Position numbers and translations under genes: made by a program
Shown: positions 39,501 to 54,713 of the stretch, piece after piece
Layout of the letters: each line of letters starts with the position of its first letter
Numbering within the stretch: position 1 is the first letter of the stretch
Assembly: GCF_006345805.1 (NCBI RefSeq)
Contig: NC_043015.1
Span: forward strand, 11,160,001 to 11,224,000
DNA from: Octopus sinensis
Lineage: Eukaryota
Length of the DNA stretch: 64,000 nucleotides
Direction: 5' to 3'
Notes under the pieces: generated by a model
What the model was told of the DNA's origin: nothing
What the model saw: the letters and a program-made list of their open reading frames with translations, nothing else
The model's database searches: none

Positions 39501-41968
39501 CTTCATAAGTGAAAATGTTTTTGTTATAGTAAAAATATCAGAATACAGTAAACGTTAAAACGTTAGCATATTTAGAACCAGGTGCATGTATAACGCTAAT
39601 GTGTTAAATGCATATTATGGTAAATAGCATAGCAATAGGATTGGAATCACACAATGTGAGTGTAAGAATGTGCGTATGTGCGTGTGTGTATGTTTGTGTA
39701 TTTAGTTCATTGTGCGTGTGTCAGTCAGGTCTCTGTGCGTATGTCAACGTGTGTGCGCGTGTGTGTTTGTGAGAGAGTGGTGTATGTGAGTGCGTTAGTT
39801 CTTTCCAATATTGCGATACGAATCTACACTGGTGGAATGTTAAAAATTGGTAATTTTTATGAAATACGATTACATTTCTCCTGTGAAATTTCGAAATTTA
39901 ACCTGTAATTACACCATTTTGGTTTTGCATTTTTCTCTCATACGCTTTTAACATTTTCCTTTGTTTTGATAATGCACAAAATTCTTAAACATAAACTAAG
40001 TTTTATGTAAGTGAGCGGAAATTTTCTTTTCATTAAAAAATATTATTCTTACCTGTAGCATTCCAGAAATAATGTGCAACATTAATTGAAAGAAAAAATA
40101 TACTTTCATCATGGATGTCATTGTAATTTATATATATATCAGAACCATATCTATGATACTGTCAATAGTTCATTGTACAATAGAAATATTGGATTCAGGA
40201 AACTCAATTCTGCATCATTTCTTAACAACTGTTCAAGAAATATAAGATACATATTCGAGCTCTACAATCGATAAAGAAAAATAATTCAGAAGTGAACGAT
40301 GAATTTTCTACGTTATGAACGACATGATAGAAGCAGCAACCAAATATCCATAAAATTTTATCCAACCACGTTAAATAGGGAAAGGATATATTAGTTAATC
40401 TATGATCAATGTTTGAACATGTTTGATTAGAGTTACTCAACCAGGGTTGAATTATGGTTGAACAATCAGAGCAAGAATCCCACAGCACTTTTCAGAATCC
40501 ATATGTATCTGAGACGAACCAGCTTCTAAAACTCAGTAAGCCTGGTACAAAGTAGAAAATAACTTAAGAAATATTTGTTCATTGACAGGTAATAATTAAT
40601 AGAGCACTAACATACTGTGTCTAACTATAAATACTACTATCCCTTTGATGTTGCAAATAAAAACATATATTACTTGAAGCAATTTTAAGCAAACATTTAA
40701 ATGAAATCGTTTTAATCTAGGAAATCAGTTTCTAAAGAATTTACGCCTTACTTGCTGGAGATATATTTTACCAGAGAAATTTTAGACTAAACGCATTTTG
40801 TATAGATATCAGTCTGCAAATATAATCGCTCTACCTATAAATATCAGTCACACTTACTGGCTTATTGGTGCGCTAAGTCTTATTTCTAAATTATATTCCT
40901 CTCTTACCAAACCGTTATCTATACATTTTGCGTCATAATTTTTTCTTAAATGTAATTGTCTCTCGCTCGTATAAGTAGTCAGGTTTTGTCTCATTACGGG
41001 TATTAAGGCAGATATTCAAACAAGGCTAAAAAATTGTTGTCATAAAAATTTTCTATGGAGTGATAAATACAAAATGGCTAGTATCAATACTTTAAATTAC
41101 TATATTGCATGTTAGTATATAACTGAAGTAACGAAAGCCATGGCCTTAAGAGAAAAAGAGAAGAGATAAAGTTCATATCTAAGCCAGAATTGTAGATATC
41201 TGATCAAAAAGTATTTGCTACTACTAAGCAGTATATAACTACTATCTGTTTCATGATAGATGATAAACTATCAACGCTATACTAAGGATTCACGGTGGTG
41301 TGTGGAAGGTGGATGGGGAAACTTATAAAAGCAATATCTAATTCCAAGCGTGAATAAATTCCAAAAGGATTTAAGGATCATATTTGAAACCTATAAATGG
41401 AATCGATTTAAATTATGTTTCTGAGTCTAGTATTCCTGATTTTCGAGGCAATCTTTGCAAATTGTTGTCTTCCTCAGGTCTTCACACTCTTCTTTCATCT
41501 GAGGCAGGAACGCCGTGATAATAGAAGCTCCTTGATAAATAGAAAAAACACTGCTCTAGACTGATTAAAACAGTCCTGGTTTTACTATTTATCAATCAGC
41601 ATCGTCGCAAGTGACATGGTTGTCCTATACCTCAAATTTGATACCCAGCTCTATCTTTCATTGTGAATAACTTCAGCATTAATTTTAGACTTGGATTGTA
41701 AAAGCACAAAGACTTATAAATGAGTAATACTCTACTATAAAACGGATGTATATTATGCTAAAATCAGAAACATGTCACCGTATGTTATTCTACATGGCAT
41801 TGGAACAATTTACACAATCAACGATTTAGTATTTATTGTCTCAATTTACATAGGGTGCAATGATTCAATATGTAATACATTTCCTATATTTAAGAAATAA
41901 ATTATTATGTTCATTATTTACATTATTTACATTTGACGGGTATTTGTACTCATCTTGTTTGATGTTAA

Positions 41969-42010
41969 CACAACGTTTCGGCTGATATACCTTCTAGCAT
42001 TCATCAGGTG
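41969..42010 (-). ncRNA. Minimal hammerhead motif, stem II degenerate
   Basis: Minus: CAC CTGATGA ATGCTAGAAGGTATATCAGCC GAAA CG TT GTG; palindromic AACGTT stem III. Confidence 0.5.
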
Positions 42011-42126
42011 ACGTGGGGGAATTTCGAACATGGGTTCTCATTCCTAAGGTATTTTTCGATGTTGTTGTTGTTGTTATTATTATCATTGTTATTATTATAA
42101 TTATTATTATTATTATAATTATTATG

Positions 42127-42168
<42 letters not shown>

Positions 42169-42350
42169 CGTTATTGTCGTATTCCCAGAATTCAGTGTTC
42201 CTTGCTCTCAGGATACTTAAGAGACACAAATCTGTACAGACTTTATCAAAACCTTGGCTTTAACTAAAATTCAGTCAAGAAGGACATTGATTGATATACG
42301 CTTTTGATGGTCGCGGTCGAGGAAATTACCGTAATATCAACACGAAGCTG

Positions 42351-42400
<50 letters not shown>

Positions 42401-42625
42401 GGACAGACAGACAGACAGAGATAAATATATATATATGTATATATGTATATATGTGTGTGTGTGTGTGTATGTATGCATGTATGGGAACACATACATATGT
42501 ACATATATATATATATATGGCGGTGCCCCAGCATGGCCACATCTCGTGAGCTGAAACTAGATAAAATAAAATAAAATAAATAAAACTGTATGCTTAATTA
42601 ATAAATCTGCAAAAACATCACAAAA

Positions 42626-42716
42626 ATTGTTACTCAGAGTTTCACGTTCCCTTTCGTCGGACAGTTTTGTCCGATAACTGTCCCACGAAAGGGAACGTGA
42701 AACTCTGAGTAACAAT
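42626..42716. repeat. ~41-bp-arm palindrome whose arms each read as a hammerhead-like motif with a U4-to-C core; diverged relative at 28725-28803
   Basis: Left arm reverse complement: AACTGT CCGACGA AAG-GGAA-CGT GAAA CTC-T-GAG TA ACAATT. Confidence 0.55.
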
Positions 42717-43350
42717 GTTTGTGTTGTTTTTGGAGCTTCCTCACTCTACCTCCGGTATTCGAGTACCTAATTTTATATATATATATGACACGGTGTATAT
42801 ATATGACACGGTGTATTGATCAACTTTTCAACACATCCCCGTGAATTTCATAGCATCCTATACAATTAATCATCAATCATTTCAGACTTGAATGAAGTAA
42901 ATTCTATTCTCTGCAATTCTAAACTTATAGAATCATGACGTTATCTTGACGTATGTGTGCATGAGTATAATTGTATATTTGTGTGTCTGTGCGTGTGTGT
43001 GTGTGGTGTGTGTGTGTGTGCAACTATATGCGTGTATATATACGTATGTAAACTCAAACACGGTACATACTGAAACCTTTTCCTATGGAAAAGACTCGAA
43101 ACAACATGTTACTCGGTAAATTTCCTGGCTCCTATATGTTTATATAAATTATATATGTCAAAGTCACCTTCGGGACTGTCACGTTGAGTTGACAGTATAC
43201 AAACACTATATCAATATAATTTCTGCGAAAATATGAACACATCGCAAGAAATTATTCTCCATTTGTTTTAATTACACATATTTGTTGTCCAGTGAGAATC
43301 TTGCTATAGAAACAAATTTTAAATACACAATATATATACACAATATATAT

Positions 43351-43414
<64 letters not shown>

Positions 43415-43480
43415 GCGGTGCATCAGCATGGCCGCAGCTCTGAGCTGAGGCTAGAAAGAAAAAGAAAAATATATATATAT

Positions 43481-43784
43481 CACGTGATCACTGTAACCGA
43501 CCAGACCATCAGATGTTGCTACACATTGCTGGTCACAATGCGTTCGCATTGTTTTAGCCTTCAAATGACGCCACCCCGCTGGCTAAGCGAGCAGGCCAAC
43601 AGAAGAAAGAGTGGGAGAAAGAGTGGTGAAAGAGTACAGCAGGGATCACCACCCCTTGCCGGAGTCTCGTGGAGCTTCTAGGTGTTTTCGCTCAATAAAC
43701 ACTCACAACACCCAGTCTAGGAATTGAAACCGCGATCCTATGACCGCGAGTCCGCTGCCCTAATCACTAGGCCATTGCGCCTCC
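43481..43784 (-). mobile_element. tRNA-headed SINE sharing its head with family C, different body
   Basis: Head GGAGGCGCAATGGCCTAGTGATTAGG..GGTTTCAATTCC matches 34360-34514. Confidence 0.8.
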
Positions 43785-43792
43785 ACATACAC

Positions 43793-43847
<55 letters not shown>

Positions 43848-43967
43848 ATATATATATATGTGTGTGTGTGTGTGTATGTGTGCGTATACATATATATGCG
43901 TGTTTGTGTATACATATATAAGTATATATATTATATATATATATATATATATGTGTATATATATGTA

Positions 43968-44000
<33 letters not shown>

Positions 44001-44256
44001 GCATATATATATGTATATATATATGCATATATACATATCTACATACATATATATATGTATATATACATATATATATATATAGTATATATATATATGAGAA
44101 AATTGGTGTGTGAAAGCACGTGGTTGAATATATAGAAAATAGTAAAAGTGAAAAAACTACAGAAGGCTTGTTTTAAAAGGTTAAAAAAAATATATTTGAG
44201 TCATTATGTCAGAAGAATGTTATAAATTTTTTTCATACAATGACATAGTTTTTGAA

Positions 44257-44292
44257 GAAATGACCGGTTTCGCGTTCAGCTTTTCAAATTTC
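44257..44292 (-). ncRNA. Minimal type I hammerhead with U3-A8 core pair in the Penelope pLTR
   Basis: Minus: GAAAT TTGAAAA GC-TGAAC-GC GAAA C-CG-G TC ATTTC; palindromic ACCGGT stem III; GUC site between 44262 and 44261; same strand as, and 3' of, the ORF. Confidence 0.7.
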
Positions 44293-44866
44293 TTACCTCG
44301 TTATGTTTTCGTTGAGAAGTGTAAAGAAGAGTTCCAGGTAAGGGGAAGCAATAAGTGATTTCTTCCGGTGTAAGGGAGATAATCGCTTCATATTTCTTGC
44401 CTTTTTGGAGGGGTGAGTTTCTCCGTATAAGAATGTTGGAGTGGTTCAGTTTGGGCTTATATTTTTCAATGAAGAATATTTCCTTGTTTAGTCTAATTTG
44501 TGTTGGTGTTCCGATAGCACATTGGTAAAATGGAAAGATTAAAAATTGTGGTAGTAGTTGCTTTGCGCATTTCTCAATGTGCTCACTAAAGGGTATCATT
44601 CTGTATTCTGGGAATGCAATCTGTTGTCGATGCAGTGTGCATCTACGTCTGAGTGATAGTCCCGTGGACCCCACGTAGTTTTGGTGGCAGCCCGAGCATT
44701 TTATGACATAAATTATGTTTTCAGAGGCACAAGTAAAATTAGATTTGATCTTGAATTTCTGTCCCTCTTTGAAAAGGAATTCTGATCCTTCTAGCAGGTT
44801 TGGACATGTTACACATTTCGGTCTACCACATTTTTTTACTTTTGCATCCGTAATTTCAGAAAACAA
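44276..44866 (-). pseudogene. GIY-YIG endonuclease domain of the Penelope-like ORF
   Basis: 196-codon open frame, but upstream frameshift and loss of the RT core; C-terminus runs into the pLTR and stops inside the hammerhead loop II. Confidence 0.85.
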
Positions 44867-46165
44867 TTTTGCCTTTGTGAGAATCTTTTTAAGTGATTTA
44901 GGTTGTTTGTAGCTTTTAATGATTTTGTGTGTTTAGAATTTCCTTTAATTTGGGGTCCTTATGAAGTATTGGTAAATCCTGGGTGATGATGGTGAAGGCT
45001 TCTTTATTTCTGGGGTTGTATGTGGATATGTAAGGTAGTATTTTCGGGGAAGGTGTGTTGTTGTGTTGAACTTTTCTCAAAGTTTCTATGTCGATTTCTG
45101 TTGCACGTCTGATCCCATCCTCTATGAGTTGAGCTGGGTAATCTCTGTCAATTAGGGTTTTTTTGATTTCTTGCAGTCTAAAGTATATATATATACCTAT
45201 AAATACATACACACATACATAGACACACACATACACAGACACATACAAACACACGCACGAACATTTGCTCCGACCATGCTTGAGCATCCCGACAGCGACT
45301 GCAAATTTATTTCTATATGAACATTCTGTTTCATGAGTGTGTTGGATATCAATGTTGCCACATACGATGGCTTAGATCATAGACTCTTATACAGTAAATT
45401 ATAGAAAATATTATTTGGGCATCTCCACATCTGAAACCTCCACCCGGTTACACTCATGTGTTTTGAGCTGAGAAAAATCTATTATAATTGACACTCGTCG
45501 AAGTTACCAAACAGTGAGATCGATCCTATAACGAGATGTTTATGGAACAATAGTTTTAACCTCTGAAACACACCTGCGTCCACATGATTACAGAAAGTGT
45601 TTGGGTGTATGGGATTGTGACTGTGCTTCTATATCTGTGGCTGAGTGCATTTATTAATTTTCATCTGGACGGTGTGAAATTCTTACTTGAACATTCCGTA
45701 TGGATTATTAGAAACCTGAGGGCTCTTGAAATTGGAAACATCTAACGGTGTGTTATATAGCAGAACTAAAATTTGAATGAGGATAATGAGCATCTAAGAT
45801 GCAACACATGGTTTTGCCTTATATAACATCCTAATCAATTTTATCACCATCGCGATTTGTGTGTATATAGTATATAGAAATATCAAAAGTACATAGACAC
45901 CCCATATTATCTTAATTTATCTCATATATCGCCCGTTTTTCTGTCCCTGTTTCGTATACATTCGATCCTTTTACCAAGGAATCTAATGCTCGTAGCTTAG
46001 TTTTTCCTTGGGGCTGGCCGGATCGGAGCGATCTCAAGATTAATCAGCCGAAATTGCGAGGATGGTCCGGTTCTTGACTGAAGATTGAAGGCTTTGAATG
46101 TCCCGTCCGTGTTTTTTATATCGTCTTCTAAATGTTTTGCGTTCTTGTCCCAGTTTGTATTTTTT

Positions 46166-46223
<58 letters not shown>

Positions 46224-46529
46224 GGTATACGGATGTGCTGAATCGTCTCACCTTCCCCACACCAATACCTTAACCACAACCCATTCCCCTCTTTTTCCAC
46301 CCTTCCACCCTACCCCTTCTTCAAATGATCCTACGTGTCCTCCGTTCTCTCCAGCTCAATCCCATCACTCGCCCCATTTCACCAAATATTTCTTGATATG
46401 AGATCACCATGTCGCACACATATGGTTGTGATATACGTGCCTGGTGTACCCTTAATTGATGGGTGGGTATATTGGGTTTCCTATATTTTACCCCAGTGTC
46501 ACATTGATGGTATGCACTGCTGTCTCAAT

Positions 46530-46549
46530 CGATAATAATAATAATAATA

Positions 46550-46608
<59 letters not shown>

Positions 46609-46617
46609 GAAGTAGAA

Positions 46618-46685
<68 letters not shown>

Positions 46686-46686
46686 C
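46530..46686. repeat. (AAT)n microsatellite
   Basis: ataataata... about 50 units. Confidence 0.97.
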
Positions 46687-46689
46687 TAG

Positions 46690-47840
46690 GATGCACCACC
46701 CAAAATCTGACATGGAAAGGCTATATGTACAACGTATAAAAGGTGGTGGAGGCCTTATACAGATGGAAAACTATTATAAAATAACCACCTTAGGGCTGCA
46801 AAAATACCTACTTCAGAGATAGCCACAAAAAAGCAAAACAAAAAAAACTGTTTTCAGTATTTAAGTAAGCTGGCAAATACAAACAAGAAGTCATAGTACC
46901 TAACAAATACGAAGAAGAAACAACAAAAATTATAAAACAAATGAAATTCAAACTAAAATTAGAATAGCAACGGACCATGATAAAACGATGGCAAGAAAAG
47001 CCCCTTCATGGTAAATACTGGACTAAACTAAATGCAAAAGAAATAGACAAAGAAAAATCCCAGCATTGGTTGAGAAGCTCAGGACTCAAAGCAGAGACTG
47101 AAGGATTATTAATTACAGCACAAGGCCAAAGCCTCCCCACCAGAAATTACCAAAAACATATAATGAAAAGAAACATAACAAGAAACTGCAGAATATATGG
47201 AGATAGACAAGAAACAATAAATCATATTATCTCTAGCTGCCCAGTCCTGGCTAAGAAAGAATATATTCACAGACACAACAGAGCTGGGACCTACATATAC
47301 TGGAAGCTATGCCAACACTATGGAATAACAACAGAAAAAAGATGGTATAGGCACACGCCAGAAAAGGTCACAGAAAACGAGAAAGCAACCATACTCTGGG
47401 ATACAAACAGATAGAGAAATTAAGAATAAAGTGCCAGATATAGTTGTCAGAGATCATGAAGGAAAAAATGCTTTCTAATTGACGTATCAATACTATCAGA
47501 TGACAACTTTTCTCTAAAAGAAATAGAGAAACTTTCAAAATACAAAGTCCTGGAAATAGAGGTAACTCGAATGCGGAATCTAAAAACAGAAACAATTCCT
47601 ACCATTATGGGCACATTAGTATGATAAAAAATATTCAGACAAATACATAACAAAACACCAGGACTTACAAATATATGTAATATACAGAAAATTGCACTAC
47701 TGGGCACTGCACACATGTTGCGCAAAACACTTTCAATGCAGTAACCTAAAGAGCATCACAGCAAACCACAGCACATACCAAAGACACACAGAGCTGCGCT
47801 CGGTAGTGAAGTGAAAGCACGTGATAAAAAAAAAACTACT
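46690..47840 (+). mobile_element. 5'-truncated R4/Dong-like LINE with restriction-like endonuclease
   Basis: HHPKSDMERLYVQR.KGGGGL; W..KPLHGKY; AETEGLLITAQ.QSLPTRNY; decayed CCHC CRIYGDRQETINHIISSC; RHN; PD-(D/E)xK: VPDIVV...LIDV...EIEKLSKY; (AAT)n at both ends. Confidence 0.9.
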
Positions 47841-48970
<1,130 letters not shown>

Positions 48971-49492
48971 AACAATTAAAGTAGCGAAAATAATGGCAAA
49001 ATTAATAATTGTAACTCTAGGGAACCAAACAAATAAACAATGTCTAGAGAACATAGTGCAAAATGCTTGGTCTTTATGGATAATAATGTTTTCAATTACA
49101 CAAGATTTTGCGCAGTAGCTTTCTAACTTCGATTTTATAACCACCTCTCAACATTCAGACATAGAAATAAAGAAAGCTCAACAACGCTTAGTAAGCTAAC
49201 TTGTCATCTTAGCAACAATAAAACTTTAGAATATAATTTAGTATGTTCGATATTAAGTTGGGTACTAACTTACGACGTAGAAAGATCGAGATGCGAACCT
49301 TACCTAGAAGTGTCACGCCTAGTATTTACGTCAGACGATATCATAAATAAAACACAGAAATTAGCAATATGATATAAACATTTTTACTGCTACCTATATA
49401 ACTAGGGAGCAATCAGGTGAGGTATCGGATGAGATACACAACAGTCCATGAGATTAGGGTGACACATGGTTCTTCTTTCCCCTCCTCTTTTT

Positions 49493-49700
49493 TGGATGCC
49501 TGTACCCCTGGAGATTACATCAGGGTAGGAGAGTGTGCGCCCTCTGGTATTGCGAGTAGATGGCTTCCAGAGGAGAATAGTAGGGATACAGGCATCCAGC
49601 AACAGGACCTCCGTAATGCTATGATGGACCGTGAAGTCTGACATAGCATGGTAAATTCCATTGTCTCGACCACGGTCGAACAATGATGATGATGATGACC
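49493..49700 (+). mobile_element. RTE LINE 3' end with inverted 5' segment
   Basis: Plus 49582-49700 encodes RDTGIQQQDLRNAMMDREV..STTVEQ* then a (GAT)n tail; minus 49493-49580 encodes the preceding ILLWKPSTRNTRGRTLSYPDVISRGTGIQ. Confidence 0.8.
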
Positions 49701-51380
49701 ATACATGGTTAATTTCCATAGTAAGGGTAATGTTCTTAGTTTTCTTAGTGTTCTTAGTAACTTAATTCACAGAAAATCTACATTTACATCTATCTGTCTC
49801 TCTCTGTATTATTTGGAAAATATGAGGATTCCGTTGATTTTATATTGTTTAATTTCGTTCTAGTTACGTTATTTATTATTTTATAATTATGATGTTTTGT
49901 TATACTTCTGTTATCACATTTGTTATTATTTTGGTAAAGCATTGTTTGATTAACTTTTACTTTTATTTCTTTATTATTGTGAATTCGCATATATCAAATA
50001 TATAATTATACAACGGTCATTATTTCTCTACTTTGCGTTGTGACGTTTATTTTCTTTACCACATTGCAATTTAATTCAATGTATCTGATTCTCTCGTATT
50101 TCACTATAAGGTATCCTGTTTATTTATGTCATTTATTGTATTCTATTCGTTTACCTCATGTTTATCTTATTTTACCACGATTTAATTTCCTATTCTTTCC
50201 TTTTTCTGATTCTATATTCTTGCATTTTTTACCATTTTATTTTACCGTAATGTATTCGGATTTAATTTTCTTGAATTTTAATCCCTTTACATTGTTGCTG
50301 TTTATTTCATTTCAGACGTTGTATAACTTTTGAATAACTACAGAAAATAAGCTACCTTAGTTAAGCACATCCTAACAAACACCATCTCCCTCGCTAGCGT
50401 TTTTCCATTTTGTCTGGTCCCATGAGAAATATTTCTATATTCTGAGCGGCAAGATTCTCCGTAAATCCTTCTATTTGATTTATTTGCAAGGAAGCACAAC
50501 AAATAAATTACTAAGAGGGGACGAACAAGGACAGACAAACGGATTAAGTCGATTACATCGACCCCAGTGCGTAAATGGTACTTAATTTATCGACCCCGAA
50601 TGGATGAAAGGCAAAACAACGTATTTGATTTATGTTAGAAAAAAAATAATGTAGTAGTAATCCAACAAGAAATGACCTAGATGTCATCAAATTTCACAAA
50701 AAATATGACCACTAGAGAAAGTGGTGGGTATCAGATTTCAGTACCTTATGCTAATACTATTCGACCGTACTAATACACAACAATGGACTAAGGCTGATGC
50801 CTAGAAAATGTTGACCTCGTTCCTCCGAGATACAACAGTGACCATTTACCCTCCTAACCCTTTCGATTATATCCTGCTTCCTTCTCTCTCAGCCCTCTGC
50901 CTGTCTTTCTCTTTCTCTGCCTCTCTCTGTCTCTTTCTCCTTTTCTCATGTCCTATTTCGTACATTTTACATTTCTTTTTGCTCCTCTTTCCATATGTTT
51001 GTTTCTTTTCTTTTCTTTTCCCTTTGACACGTGACGGGCTGACTCTGAAAACAATAGCATTTATAAAATTCGTTCACATTGACCAGTCAATCAATCAACC
51101 AACTGAATAACCGGAACCATAAACGAAGGTAAAATGCATGTCTGAAACGACCGAAACTCTACAATGCACAAATAAATAAATGTATGAGGTCAATTGTATT
51201 GCACTCGGTGAAAACATACCATATTAATTTGGTAATACAACCATGGATTTACAGAGAAAACTGAAAGAATTTCGGTTCTCACATTAGGATTTCCATACCA
51301 ATCAGAACACCCCTTTTATTAGCCTGGTGCATTTACATTAACAGAAAGCCAGGAAGTATTTCACCCTTATTACTGTACGG

Positions 51381-51460
<80 letters not shown>

Positions 51461-51756
51461 GTGTGTGTGTGTGCGCGTGTGTGTGCGTGTGTGTGTGTGC
51501 GCGTGTGTGTGTGTGTGTGCACATACATACTCGCCATATTGCAGTTCACCTATCGCGGTTTATTATTTAAGATTAGGCCGATTCCTTCATTCCTTCGTGG
51601 TGTTGTCTTGCATTTATAATAAAATAAATATATACAAATTATAAAAATGATAATAAAAAAAATATAAAGTACAGTACTGGCTGTACTTCGCGGATTTTCA
51701 CCCACAGTGGGTTTTATTAGTACGTAACATACGCGATAGTATAGGAATCAATATAT

Positions 51757-51868
51757 ACGCGCAGGAATGACTATATGGTCAGTAGCTTGCGTACCAACCA
51801 CATGATTCCGGGTTCAGTCCCACTGCATGGCACTTTTGGCAAGTGCCTTCTACTATAGCCCCGGGCCT
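51757..51868 (+). mobile_element. SINE family A tRNA-like head fragment
   Basis: GCGCAGGAATGACTATATGGTCAGTAGC..GGGTTCAGTCCCACTGCATGGCAC. Confidence 0.8.
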
Positions 51869-51892
51869 AACTATATGTATATATATATATAT

Positions 51893-51961
<69 letters not shown>

Positions 51962-52563
51962 GACCCAGACAAGCCCACCCCCAGGACAAAATGCTCTTAG
52001 TTAAAGTGCACATATCCACAAGAATAGTTCCAATAATTTAGATACATTCGCTTAAACCCTACTAGAATATATATTTCCTGTTCAAACATTACGAGTTTAT
52101 ATGGCGCAAGAGAGGCAAAAATTGTAATTTATTTGTATATACACACACACAGACATGCACGTATTTTATAAAATACCTCACCATTCAGCACTTCAAACGG
52201 GCTCTATGCAGGTTACTACAAGGAAGTTTCTTTTGGCGAACCGGTCTATCTAAGCATTCAACCGCAATTGGGACTTCCAATGCACGAATCCAAACGGTCA
52301 TCATGGCAGAATGTACGCTAATAATGTGTAAGCTAATAATAAAATCTAGTGCTTACCTTCATTTCTCCTACATTTGATCTGTATTAAATAGTTAGAAGTA
52401 CGATAGTGTGTAGGAGATAATTAACCAATATACTGTAAGCAGAATGGCATGAGATAATGTTGATAGAGCTCTAAATATGGCAGTAGGAGTCGTGCAGTTA
52501 TTTCTGCGCATTATACATATACACACACACACATAAACACACACATATACACACACACATACA

Positions 52564-52623
<60 letters not shown>

Positions 52624-53090
52624 GCATTTATCTATATACATACATATGCATGTGATTATATATTCACATATTGTATAAACACGTACGTAAGTATCGCTAG
52701 ATCTGTAGATACACAACAATATATGTATATATACCTGTGCATGTGTATGTATGTATAATTGTAGAGATAGATAGATACATAGATAATATATATTTAGATA
52801 ATTTATATATATGTGTATAATACATACATACATAAACGATATAAGTACACATACGAATATGTGTATTTGTGTGTATGTGTCTGCATGTGTGGGAGGTATA
52901 TGTTCGTGTATGTATGTATATATATAGGCATGCATCAATATTTATGATATACTCATTTCTGTAGGCAAGTACGTATGTATGTCGATTACATTATGCAATC
53001 AGGCACAACCTCATATCTACGTATCAACGCATTAATTTAAATTCTATGCAAATCCATCGAATGCTTCTTAGTTTCATCTATATTAGCATC

Positions 53091-53155
<65 letters not shown>

Positions 53156-53519
53156 CATACATACATATATACATACATACATATATATGTTCGTATGTAC
53201 GAGTGTATGTATGTATATATATATATACGTGTGTGTGGTTGTGCGTGTGTATCCATACATACATATTTATAGATACATACATATATATTGTTCGCTTTTT
53301 ATTGTTTTTCCATCATCTATTTGCACTCGCGTAGAAACATACAGACATACACTTACATACACGTGCCTATGTATGTATTGGTAGATAGAGATAAAGAGCA
53401 ATAGAAGCATAAATACATACATGCATACGTATGCTAGTTTTCAAATTCAAATTCATGCTTAGACATAATCTTTTATCAGTATTAATACTTGTCTACATTT
53501 CCCAATACGTGTGTGCGCG

Positions 53520-53605
<86 letters not shown>

Positions 53606-54140
53606 TATGCATATAAATATACACGTATGTGCATATATTATGAATGTATGTGTGTATATGGTATGTGTATGTATTACTTGTTATATAAACAACGTAATAA
53701 TATATTGAAAGAGAATATCATTTTCTGAAATATCTAATACGATACTTATAATGTTTTGATACGTCAATTCTTGGCTCAATCTTACAGAAAATGAATACTT
53801 GAATATTAAGGCTATAAATTTCTACAATATTCATGAATATCCATAGAGATTTATCATATAGATATTTGTTTTCGTTTTTTTATGTATTTTTGTGTTTCTT
53901 TTCTTGTTCTGTTTTAAACCCATATATTATATACACACACACATATATGTAATATATATTATATATATATATATATGTATATATGCAATATATATATATG
54001 TATATATATATACATATACATATATATACGTATATATATGTATATATATATACATATACATATAAATATGTGTCTATATATATAATATATATGTATATAT
54101 ATATACATATACATATATATATAGACATATATATTATTTG

Positions 54141-54173
<33 letters not shown>

Positions 54174-54604
54174 TAGTCTTTCACACATCAAATAATAAAT
54201 ATTCATAACTAAATATTTTCTGAGAAGAATAAATATTCAGTATCTGCGAGATTCATAAATTTTCCTACCACTGGTTTAAGATTACCGTTTCATTATTTTG
54301 CTTTGTTGTTCTCTTGTTGATTTTTTTCTTGTGTTTTCTTCGGCCAATTCATAAATTGCCACAAGGAAATAAATACTAAACTCTTTTACTGTGTAATATC
54401 CACACGTCTATCACTACGTGGTCTAAAATGTTGTTTTTTTTAAAGTAAAAACTGAAATATGCAAGATATGTACTTATGTGAGCACACACACAAATACATA
54501 CATATATACATATATATATAATATATATATATATATAATATTTACCACATATATATATACATATATATATAATATATACATATATGTGTGTAAATATATA
54601 TATC

Positions 54605-54641
<37 letters not shown>

Positions 54642-54666
54642 CCATATACTAATATTATTTATAGAT

Positions 54667-54713
<47 letters not shown>

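Larger units (their letters stand above)
44097..45180 (-). mobile_element. 5'-truncated Penelope-like element: RT linker, GIY-YIG endonuclease and 3' pseudo-LTR
   Basis: RLQEIKKTLIDRDYP...LPYISTYNPR...(frameshift ~44930)...KCGRPKCVTC...FTCASENIIYVIKCSGCHQNYVGSTG..RRR..H...LNKEIFFIEKYKPKLN: GIY-YIG tripeptide analogues (IIY/YVG), catalytic R, E, N and CxxC; (TA)n on both sides. Confidence 0.92.

Noticed and set aside
40053-40542. Minus-strand segment with good acceptor and CAG/GTAAG donor containing an 88-aa ORF
   Set aside because: Multiple stops in every frame across the putative exon.
41440-41485. CTGAGGA...GCCTC-GAAA on the minus strand
   Set aside because: Stem I partner and NUH not found.
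43070-43112. CTGAAAC-CTTTTCC-TAT-GGAAAAG-ACTC-GAAAC-AACATGTT
   Set aside because: Probably a decayed hammerhead, but the core and cleavage triplet are broken.
45290-45900. Possible old LINE RT fragment
   Set aside because: No diagnostic motif recovered in any frame.
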